Shown here: positions 52,901 to 62,200 of the stretch, one piece after another
Position numbering within the stretch: position 1 is the stretch's first letter
Layout of the letters: the number at the start of each line of letters is the position of its first letter
DNA from: Patescibacteria group bacterium
Lineage (GTDB): Bacteria > Patescibacteriota > UBA1384 > 2-12-FULL-50-11
Direction: 5' to 3'
NCBI GenBank assembly: GCA_016861245.1
Contig: BOKZ01000001.1
Span: 13,107 to 77,106 of the forward strand
DNA: 64,000 bases
Made by a program: the position numbers and the translations under genes
The notes under the pieces: model-generated
The model's input: only the letters and a program-made list of their open reading frames with translations
Told to the model about the DNA's origin: nothing
The model's database searches: none

Positions 52901-53096
52901 GAGCTTTTTCGATAGTTCTAAACGGTGCGTCGATCGTGCCTGTGTTACTATCGCTCCCCGTCGGAGAAACAAAGAATACCGGGCCCACCCCACTTGCGTT
53001 GAATCCACCGCTAAACCAAACAAAAGCCGCAAGGACTGCGCCTATTAAGCCGACGAGCATTGCTTTGTAATAGTGCTTTTTTAAGAGCATGTCCAC
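49959..53096 (-). CDS. Large (1045 aa) cell-surface protein with right-handed parallel beta-helix and Ig-like domains
   Basis: N-terminal TM/signal anchor. PbH1-like repeats (GNTIRDFAGHGVIVSGNDHIIRKNTIYNSGW, NNVIENPVGTCISNHGG). Ig-like Thr/Ser-rich domains. Gly-rich linker then C-terminal TM helix. Confidence 0.5.
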   Translation of the reverse strand: MDMLLKKHYYKAMLVGLIGAVLAAFVWFSGGFNASGVGPVFFVSPTGSDSNTGTIDAPFRTIEKARDSVRAAGLPGSKILVRGGEYNLTNSLSFSAEDSGTVEAPNMVTNFPGEKPIITGSLALKDLTLESGTTYQTSLVGTPAENATFDFIYHNNTRLVPARYPNWTPPTKNVADPYAGRFMYVAADQAAVKDVIKYRVEDASAINQLAGETGLKVSIYDKAGLWRWLENKDVLSIDTDSREIRLSTPLPNNVAAGELFWIQGSSKLLSEKEFHFDKTTKQLKVNLGAALNSSDTIYIPVVNEVVLAGASNFIWQGFTMEKFQSRAFHVNLTVSNVVFRGNEVRWGGNAFTTEYRPNTKLQILDNYLHDLDAPVASSAIAINGGNFMKTLAPTNNVIKNNLIENIDLYAGRGRTTLWLDKEQVGILVEGNTIRDFAGHGVIVSGNDHIIRKNTIYNSGWLHRDTGLINLGGRSVLQSGHIIEENYLHSPQMYFERSYGIWELVTKNSTVPAFSPFMGIMADDWVSGLQVRNNVIENPVGTCISNHGGMYNRYTNNYLTCRESVFFDEPITTSGFFAPLYDQMYQQVQNMAAQGYDVALYNQRYPHIVELKENPVEGETMIKNVFEKNIIAPKTTTGGTVRAYKFHRGGTQVFTQNVIKYLPGQTFKVTYEPPDPNSSAFSDLDLTAWQALGYDADLLQISATEPLFEPNSYTISSSSAAASSGIVQLNPSAAGVRTIKATQPTVLASTDSVITPELSVTITTNTDYFSYQAALQYQLRSVSSTGAQTAIGGWTDTQTLSPTIGISSPVNNTKYIVCVRSMLDSLNLESLASEALWSNESCTTPVTYAVATNNDPGSGNSQADQTAPTLTISQPVAGSIYSGNTIKVISAVADNVGVTRADYYVDGVRFGGCTYSSAITSGTCTVNMNTKNLKLTNGSHNLKAEARDAAGNVVEKQLTFTFQKNTGGGGSGNQGGNQGGGPSWKLNGSVVSSVTDLIIKNTTKEETAAEQKKVDLWVRIGILATLLTVTSVSLWLILRRKPEVLQ

Positions 53097-53116
53097 CCTT
53101 CAGTTTAGTAAACGGT

Positions 53117-53913
53117 CTAGTTGCAATACGGGCAACGGTTTTTAATCAGGAGACCCGAGCTAACGTCTAACACCTTATTTGACTGACAGTACAACTCTAA
53201 GTTGAATAAACTCTTGATCTCGTCAATACTTTCCTCAAGTCGTTCAACAGTCTCGTTACCGAACATGAATATACCGCTCCCCTTGAATCTTTTGGAGTAG
53301 CTAACTGTGCTATTGCAGTCGTCATCAGGGTTGAACCTCTCTATGGTAACGGTAAAATCCCAGGAACCAACCCAAAAATCAGTTGCACCAATAAGATGGT
53401 GAAATCCGTTATCCCTAAAGTATTGCTCATCATATTTCGGTTCGGCGGAAAATACCTCTGAGTTAATCGTGCCATCAAGTTCGTACTTAACGCAAAAAAT
53501 CTCTAGCTGCTCATCACCTTCTGCCAGTATTTGACCTAGGATCCCGCTTCCATCTGGTAAGTAGCAAGCTGGTAGGGTATTCCCACCCTTGGTAACGATG
53601 AGCCAAGTTGGGCGTGTGCGCTGGGAAAAAGGTAGCCCATAAGTCTATTATATTTAGAACGATTCAAGGAAGTAGTTACTGCACTTTCTTGGACTTGTTT
53701 TTCTACATATTCACTAAGAAATTCCTCGCCAAGACGGTCAGCAAACGTCTCTAAATCAACCGAGCCACTTTCGTCAAATGCGCGATAATCAGCAACCTTA
53801 GCAAGGTTACCAACGACCATGCCTGTTATAAACGCAATCGCGACAGCAACTACGACCCATTTCCTAGCCATCATTCTTACAATTAAGGATACACTATTTA
53901 TACTCGGCGGCAA
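53117..53913 (-). pseudogene. Frameshifted gene for a membrane-anchored hypothetical protein (or sequencing error in a T5C3 homopolymer)
   Basis: The track ORF 53536-53913 has a plausible signal-anchor N-terminus, but its last ~30 aa look non-protein-like. A second frame, offset by one nucleotide, opens right after a TAG near 53640. It runs ATG-less for ~175 codons of protein-like sequence (…PTWLIVTKGGNTLPACYLPDGSGILGQILAEGDEQLEIFCVKYELDGT…NRCPYCN) to a stop at 53117. The frames switch near a CCTTTTTCCC run at about 53620. Confidence 0.45.
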
Positions 53914-53922
53914 TAATACGTA

Positions 53923-54252
53923 TTATCCAGACCCGCCAAACCATTTATCAGTCCCCGGGATGATCGATACTAACCACGTCAAGACGTAAGCCCCTATACA
54001 AAAGAATATCCAAAAGTATAAATGGTACAACAGGTAGCGCTTAACTTCTGGGTCTATCGCATGATTTAGAAGAAAGTGACCAAACAAACTAGCTATGGTA
54101 ATTGGTGCGACGTAAAATAAATAAAACGCAAATATAACAAAACCGACAGTAGATGAGTTCTCGTGTTTACCAAAGCTTGAGATTAATAGATATAGCGCTA
54201 ATACACCTAGATTCCAAAGACCAAGCTTAAGCAGGAAAATAGTCATGTCCAA
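53923..54252 (-). CDS. Hypothetical membrane protein
   Basis: Three to four TM helices. Confidence 0.35.
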   Translation of the reverse strand: MDMTIFLLKLGLWNLGVLALYLLISSFGKHENSSTVGFVIFAFYLFYVAPITIASLFGHFLLNHAIDPEVKRYLLYHLYFWIFFCIGAYVLTWLVSIIPGTDKWFGGSG

Positions 54253-54337
54253 AACCAGTCAAGCCGAAACTGATAATTAATACAATCTATCTGACTGTAA
54301 AAACTTACTTTTACCCCTTCGCGCGGCAGCCACACAG

Positions 54338-54931
54338 CTACAGCACTTTGTCGACTAAACCGTAGTTCTTAGCTTCTTCTGGGTTCATCCAGAAATCTCG
54401 CTCGGTATCGGCTTGGACTTTGTCGAATCTCTGGCCGGTGTTTTCGGCTAAAATCTCGTTCATAAGTTTCTTGAGCCGAAGAATCTCTTTGGCTTGAATT
54501 TCGATATCGGTTGCTTGCCCCTCAGCGCCGCCCATTAACTGATGAAGCATTACCCGGGCGTTTGGCAGCGCGAAGCGCTTGCCTTTCTCGCCTCCGGCCA
54601 AAAGAAATGCGCCCATCGACGCCGCCATACCGATACAAATCGTCGAGACATTCGGCTTGATGTGCTTCATGGTGTCGTATATTGCGAGACCGGCAGAGAC
54701 AGAGCCGCCGGGACTATTGATATACATCTGGATATCTTTTGCTGAGTTTTCGGATTCCAAGAATAGTAGTTGCGCCATAATTAAGTTAGCAACGTTGTCG
54801 TCGATCGGACCGCCTAAGAAAATAATACGATCACGCAGTAATCGTGAGTAAATATCAAAAGCTCGCTCGCCGAACTGCGATTTTTCAACCACCATCGGAA
54901 CTAGGTAATTGTTCTGAGGTTCTTTTTGCAT
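54338..54931 (-). CDS. clpP: ATP-dependent Clp protease proteolytic subunit
   Basis: Ser-His-Asp triad context ([17 protein letters not shown]), full-length ClpP homology. Confidence 0.93.
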   Translation of the reverse strand: MQKEPQNNYLVPMVVEKSQFGERAFDIYSRLLRDRIIFLGGPIDDNVANLIMAQLLFLESENSAKDIQMYINSPGGSVSAGLAIYDTMKHIKPNVSTICIGMAASMGAFLLAGGEKGKRFALPNARVMLHQLMGGAEGQATDIEIQAKEILRLKKLMNEILAENTGQRFDKVQADTERDFWMNPEEAKNYGLVDKVL

Positions 54932-54971
54932 ATGAGTAATGTAAAGTTTGCTTTACAAAAAGTCAATGTAA

Positions 54972-56153
54972 CTACTTTGTCTTTTCGATCAACTCACCAA
55001 GATACTCTTGAAAGTCGTCGTTAGTTGAGAGTTCCCTGCCTTGCTCTTTCGCAAGTTGCGACAAGCCCAGCCCAACACGAACGGAAGCTTCCGCGGCTTT
55101 ACGCCAGTCTTTTTCCATCTGTTCCATCGTGATTTTTCGGCGCTTTAACCAATCTTCAGCCGAGAGATGCCGCTCTTCTAGAAACGTCTGCCAAGCGTTT
55201 TTAGAACGTTCGATCTCCGAGTGGAGTAGCGTCTCCGGCACTTCAACCGTAATACATTTATCAAACTCGGCTAGCCATTCGGCGCGACGCGATTGTTCGT
55301 ATTCGGTCAGGCGTTCTGTTTCTAGCTCAGAACGAATCGCTTGCTTTAGTTGCTCAAGCGTATCGTGACCAAACTTTTTACCAAATTCGTCGTCCAATTT
55401 CGGCAATGTGACTTTATAAACTTCGTCGACTTTCAAAGAAAAATCTACAGTCTTACCGGCCAGCTCTTCATCGTAGTGATCTTTGGGAAATGGTACGGAA
55501 AATTTCTTTTCATCACCCTTCTTCACCCCCGGCAGCTCTTTTTCAAATCCGGGCAAAACACTAGCTTCGCCGAGCATCACCGGAAACTTAGCAGCGCTGA
55601 GTTTATCTTTACGTACTCCACCGATCGATCCTTCGAACGTAATATCGACGCGATCGCCTTTTTGCGCTTTCTCTAACGTTACCGCTTGCTGGGCGTGACC
55701 TTTCCCGAGCGATTCAAGAACCTTATCAATGTCGGCATCGGTAACTGGTTCAAGTTTCGCTTTGCCAAGCTTAATCTTTTCCCAGCCTTTCACCGTAATT
55801 TCAGGACGAATATCAAATGAGAACTGGAGGGTAGAAGGCTTATCTTCCTCAAAGTCGATAATCTCAACTTCTGGATCTTGGATCGGCACAACTTTTAATT
55901 CCTTAACAATCGCATGCCAAGCGTCGTGAACCGCAAGCGAATACGCCTCTTCGCGTAGAGCAGCGGCGTCGATTTGTTTTCGAATAAGCTCCGCTGGAGC
56001 CTTTCCTGGTCTGAAACCTGAAATTTTTACGTTTTTAGATAGCCGCTGCAAGGCATCAGTAAAGAAATCGCCGGTTTCGACCCCGGTTAGTTTAACCTGA
56101 TACTGAATACGAGTTTTTGAGAGAGTTTTGTGAGTTATTTCCATTACAACCAA
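54972..56153 (-). CDS. tig: Trigger factor
   Basis: N-terminal ribosome-binding GFRPGKAP motif, FKBP-like middle domain, tig-clpP gene order. Start may be the Met of MEITHK at 56144. Confidence 0.82.
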   Translation of the reverse strand: MVVMEITHKTLSKTRIQYQVKLTGVETGDFFTDALQRLSKNVKISGFRPGKAPAELIRKQIDAAALREEAYSLAVHDAWHAIVKELKVVPIQDPEVEIIDFEEDKPSTLQFSFDIRPEITVKGWEKIKLGKAKLEPVTDADIDKVLESLGKGHAQQAVTLEKAQKGDRVDITFEGSIGGVRKDKLSAAKFPVMLGEASVLPGFEKELPGVKKGDEKKFSVPFPKDHYDEELAGKTVDFSLKVDEVYKVTLPKLDDEFGKKFGHDTLEQLKQAIRSELETERLTEYEQSRRAEWLAEFDKCITVEVPETLLHSEIERSKNAWQTFLEERHLSAEDWLKRRKITMEQMEKDWRKAAEASVRVGLGLSQLAKEQGRELSTNDDFQEYLGELIEKTK

Positions 56154-56230
56154 GTATAACGATTTAACAGAGAAAAAGGAACCCTCTGAAGAGTTGATTT
56201 CCTTCTGTTATTTTGGCATTTTAAATATAC

Positions 56231-59200
56231 ATGGAGGGGAAAACTTTTCATCGCCTTGATGGAGTCTATCGATTGGTAGCGGATCCTGTTATCCGCCAAC
56301 GGGTTGGACGTGCCGGATTATTTACGACGGTACTACTGGTAGTTTTTGGGCTGGTTACTTCGGCTGCACTGCCACAATTTACGCTTGGTGAAACCGGCTC
56401 CGCTTCGGCCAACCGCTTATGGTCCAGCGGCGCCGAGCTTAATACAACAACAGCTAATGTGGAAATAACAAGCACTTCCGGTACAGTGTCGATTAATAGT
56501 TCAACCAAGCGTTCGGGTGACTATTCGTTTCGTGCTAATCCGACATCAAGTACCGGTATTTTTACAAAGATATTTGCTAACTCAAACCAGTCGAATAAAT
56601 TTTGGTTTCGAACGTACGTCCGTATCGCTGATGACCCAAGCGCCGATACATATATCGTTCGTATTGGTAATAGCGGCGGCGGCAAGATAAGCGTTCGGCT
56701 AACAACTACGAGTACGCTCCAGCTACGCAACGAGGAAGATAATACCAATATTGGCTCCGCTTCTTCTGCTCTTTCGGTTAATACTTGGTACCGTGTTGAA
56801 GTTTACGTTGACACAACGACACTTTCTTCGACCGATGCCGAACTACGGCTCGACGGTACGTCTATCTCCTCTTCAACAGCAGAAAACCTAGCTTCCGGTA
56901 TTGATCGTCTAACTTGGGGCTCAACTGCAACCGGCACAACAGATCTGTACTTTGACGATATCGCGATCAACGACTCGACCGGGCGGGCCGTAGATAACTG
57001 GCCGGGTGAAGGTCGTATTGTCCATATGCACCCGAACGCTGACGGCAGCAACACCGCCTGGATCGGCGATCCGAGCGATACCAACGATTACGACGATGTT
57101 GACGAAGTTACGCCTAACGACGATACAGATTTTATTCGCTCTCAAACCAACAACCAACTCGACGACAATAATCTAGAAGCTGCAACGAGTGCCGGTATCG
57201 GCGCTAACGACGCCATTAAGCTTGTCTCAGTGGGAGTTCGTATTCGTCCGTGTGGAAACGCCTCAGGCGGTGGACCTGCCTGCCCTCCAGCAGAAATTGA
57301 TATTAACTGGGAGGCACGTATTACTGGTGGGGGTAACACCGAACAAAGCGGTTCGATCGCTATCTCCGATGCGAGCGGCTGGATAACAAACGACGATGAT
57401 TCGGCAAAATTGAACAAAATCACACTTTACGATCTGCCTGGTGCTAGTACAGCGCCGTGGACAGTTGCAGAACTCGATTCAGCTCAAATCGGTGTTGCTA
57501 ACCGTGATTCCAGCGGTACCGGTTTTCGAGTCAGTACGACGTGGCTACAAGTCGAATACGTCGACCGCAGCGGCGGGAGGCTTATTTCAAGCGGATTTGA
57601 GCTGAACTCGGCAACAGCCGGAATGGAAGTTTCGGCAGTTACCAACACTCCAGCTATTAACAGCACCACATTCAGAAGCGGCGCCTACGCACTTCAAACT
57701 GAAAACGGCGGCGGTCAAGAATACGCTCGCTTTTACTTTGAATCAGCCAACACCAACGGCGACTATTACTTACGAGCGTATCTAAACATCGCCACTTCCT
57801 TTAACAACTCAACCGCAACAGTTCTGTCGCTGCTTGATACTAGTAACTTACGGCGAGCCTACCTGAAGCTTACGACCACAAATACGCTCGAATTATGGGA
57901 CGAAGACGGCCAGATCGGCTCCGCTTCATCGGCGCTCAGCACTAGTACTTGGTACCGGATCGAGCTTCGTCTTAACACCGTCCCTAGTGGTGGCTCGCAT
58001 GTTGTTGATGGGCGTATCGACGGCGTATCGTTTGCTAGTAGTAGTACTCGAAACGTCGGTACCGGTGTAGCCAGGATCGGTCTTGGCGTAAACGCTAGCG
58101 ACAATATGGAAGCAAGCGCCAATACCCAAGGCAGTTTAATTTGGGACGATATTGCCTTAAATAAAGGTATCGGCGCCACACAAAACACCTGGCCAGGCGC
58201 GGGTTCGATTATCCATTTACGACCAGACGCCGTCGGTGTTTCGACTAGTTGGACACAAAACGGGTCGTGTGCGGTGAGTAACTTCGGTTGTGTATTAGAA
58301 GTGACCCCGAATGACGGAACAAACTATGTTTCCGAGACTACTTCTGATGATGTTGACGATTATAATATCGACAACTCACCCCTATCTGGTTCGGATGTAG
58401 TCAACCTAGTTTCAGTTGGGGTACGATTCCGAACCAGTTCGGCCACCCAGGAGGATTTCAGAGTTCGCCTAAGAGAAGCTTCGACTGGTATAGCTATCGA
58501 AAGTAATACTCTCTCGCCAGCCTCTACAACTTGGACGACTAATGCCACTGCCGATCCAAAACTCTACCCACTCACGGCATATACTCGACCAGAACTCCCA
58601 ACTATTTGGACTGATACCCAGCTCGACACTGCACAGATAGGTATTCGCGATGTATTAAGCAGCTCCGGAACTGTACAGGTAACAGCAATGTGGCTACTCG
58701 TTGATTACAGCCCCCCAGCAACGATCGTTATTTCTGGCACCTGCGACCAGTATAACCGCACAACCGATTGTACCGACGACGGCTCGAATCAAATACGAGT
58801 AGCTGTTAACGGATCGCTACAAGCGCAAGTTGATACCACTGTTGACGGTGCCTGGGCGATCTCCGGCGTAACCCAACCATCAAGCGGCGATATTATTACC
58901 GTCTTTATTGACGGCAACGCCGATACGAATGAAGCGGTGGCCGTAACTAAATACGACGGTACGGGAGATATCAGCGGGATTGTTCTTTACCAACGACATT
59001 TGACGCTTGGCTCGGACGACAACCCAACGTTAAGTAACGCAGACATCGATGCCTACGATAACTCGGTGTCGGGCGACGAAGATATCTTTTTTGATGTCGA
59101 CGCCAACGACGACTTAACCGTTGATGCAGTAAGTACCTACACAGACGAGTATTTGTATGTGAAATCTGGAACAACGTACCGACCGGGTTCTGGTGGTAGT

Positions 59201-62200
59201 GCCAACGTTAATACTACGCATATCGAGATAGACGGTACGCTGCAGGCTGATAGTAATGCTCTGAACATTAACGGTAATTGGCAAAATGATGGGACGTTCA
59301 CGTCTAACACAAGTACGGTTACTATGAATTCAACTTCGACCGGCCGGACGCTAGCCGGGGCGATGACCGGAAGCTCTGCGTTCTACGACTTAACATTCAA
59401 CGGTTCTGGCGGCGCCTGGAGTTTCTCGGCAGCCGCAGAAACCGATCGAGACTTTATCATTACTGCTGGTAGTGTTACCGCTCCGAGCGGAAATTTAACA
59501 GTTGCTCGCAACTTTACCAATAACGGCACATTTACGCACAACTCCGGCACAGTCGTTCTCGATACAACAACCACCGCCACCATCACGAGCGCGTCCGGCG
59601 GTACAACCTTTAATAACTTCACCTCAACGGCGGCAACTAAAACAATTCAGTTCACGAAGCATACCACCGGCACTCCAGTGTTCACATTTGCCGGCACGTT
59701 CACCATTACCGGAACCAGCGGTAACTTAATCAACGTCTATTCGGATACTAATGGTACGCAGTGGAAAGCTCACTTCAATAGCAACCAGACCAGTGTCACG
59801 TACGCCAATATTCGAGACGGGGGCTGTAACACCGGTACGGCCAACGTGTTTCTCGGCACGGATTCGACCAGCGCCGGTAACAACGATACTTGTTGGGTCT
59901 TCCCGATTAACCGCCTTTGGTCAGGCGGCGCTGAACTGCAATCAGCAACGGCCGGAGTGGAAACTAACTTTAACGACGGGTCGTCACAATCAATTAGTAC
60001 GAGCATCAAGCGATCCGGTGAGGCGTCATGGCGAGTTAATACTACTTCATCGCTCTCGGCGTTTAATAAGTATTTCGTTAATACACCAACTCAAGGTAAA
60101 TATTGGGTGAGAATATATCTTTATATCGCTACTTCTCCGAGCGCTCGCCACAACATTCTTAACCTAAACGGCGCAGCTAGACGTATCGGTGTTCGGTTAA
60201 ATACGAGCAACCAATTAGAACTGTGGAATGAAGAAGATAACTTGCAAATTGGTAGCGCTAGCTCAGCCCTCTCTACCGCAACTTGGTATAGAATCGAGCT
60301 GCACGCCGATACCACAACACTATCCTCCACTTCGGCAGAATTACGGTTAAACGGTTCAACGACTGCAAGCGGAACTGCCAACCTTGCTGCAGCATTTGAC
60401 CGTATCCAGTTTGGTGTGATGGATACGAGTTCAACATCCGACTTATACTTTGATGATATCGCCATAAACGGACCGTCAAGTGCTAGTAATAACTGGCCTG
60501 GCGAAGGCAAGATTGTCCATATGCAGCCGAACGCCGATGGCGATAACGTCGCATGGGCCGATTCGGGTGGTAACTCTATTGACTATGACGAAGTTGACGA
60601 GATACCCCCCGACGACGACTCAACGTACATTCATAGCTCGTCGGCAGGAAACCTAGAAGACCTTAATCTAGAATCTGCGTCGAGTGCTGGAATTGGCGCT
60701 AGCGATACAATTACCGCAGTCAGCGTCGGCTTACGTTTTCAGGCCTGCAATTCAGGAGGACCCGCTTGTCTTGTAGGCGCGGGCGACAACTATAAAGCAC
60801 GGCTTAAGGCGACGGGTGGCGGAACCGTCGAAGAGTCGGCATCGATTAACGCCGATAACGGCGCTGGTTACGCGACAAACCGAAATAGCGCCTCAGCGAA
60901 TGCGAACCTTTACCCACTCACACTCTTAGATCTGCCCGGCTCGAGCGTAACCAAATGGACACCATCTGATCTCGATACCGCCCAGATCGGCATGCGACAC
61001 GACACGTACGAGAACGGATTTCGAACAACAACGATGTGGCTCTTGGTCGAGTATATCCCTGTTACCAATGTTACTGGTACCTGTGATCAGTACGACCGAA
61101 CGACTGACTGCGTCGATGATGGATCGAACCAAATAAAAGTCGCTGTTAACGGAACACTCCAACCCGGCGCAGATACAACCGTCGACGGTTCGTGGTCGGT
61201 TGGTATCACACAGCCAAATACCGGCGACATCATTACGGTTTTCATCGACGGTAACGCCGATAATAACGAAGCGGTAGCCGTTACTAAATACGACGGTACT
61301 GGTGATATTACTGGCGTTCTTCTATACCAACGCCACTTAACGATCGGTTCAGACGATAATCAAACAATTACTAACGCCAACCTTGCTAGCTACGACAACT
61401 CAGTGTCTGGCGATGAAGATATATTCTTTGACGTCGATGGAAATAACGACTTAATAGTAGATGCGGTTGGAACATACACCGACGAGTATTTGTTTATTAA
61501 GACAGGAAACATATATCGCCCTGACTCTTCTAGCAGTGGGAACGTTTCGGTAACGCACCTGGAGATAGACGGAACTATTACAGCCGACGGCAACGCATTC
61601 TCAATTAATGGCAACTGGCAAAACGACGGAACGTTTAGCGCGGGGACCAGCACTACAACTTTCACATCCACGACCACCGGCCGAACAATTGCTGGCACCA
61701 TTAGCGGTACCACCGGCAAATTCTACAACTTAATATTTAACGGCACAGGCGGTGAATGGACAAATTCCGCGGCGCTAGAAGTAGCGAACGATTTAACGAT
61801 GACAGCAGGAACGTTAGCCGGAACTAATAACGTCACTGTCGTCGGCCACACACAAGGTACAAGCGGCGTAATAAACCGAACCGGCGGTACTTTCAAACAA
61901 GGGGCAACAGCATCAAAGAACTTCGGCACAACGAGCGGCACTACCGCTTGGACGTTTAGCGATCTCACCTTCGCAAATGATCTCGGGATCTGTACGGGTA
62001 TCACTTATACCACTCAAACTGGCGGAACCGGCGGTATTACCGTGTCTGGGATTCTACGAGTCGGCGAATCTGGTGACGGCGTTGGTTGTACTACTACACT
62101 TAACGCTGGTGACCGGACCTGGACCCTCTCTGGTATTACCGGTGATCCGTTCCAACTATTAGCTTCACCAGCCGGAAGCCTGACGGCAGCCACTTCTACG

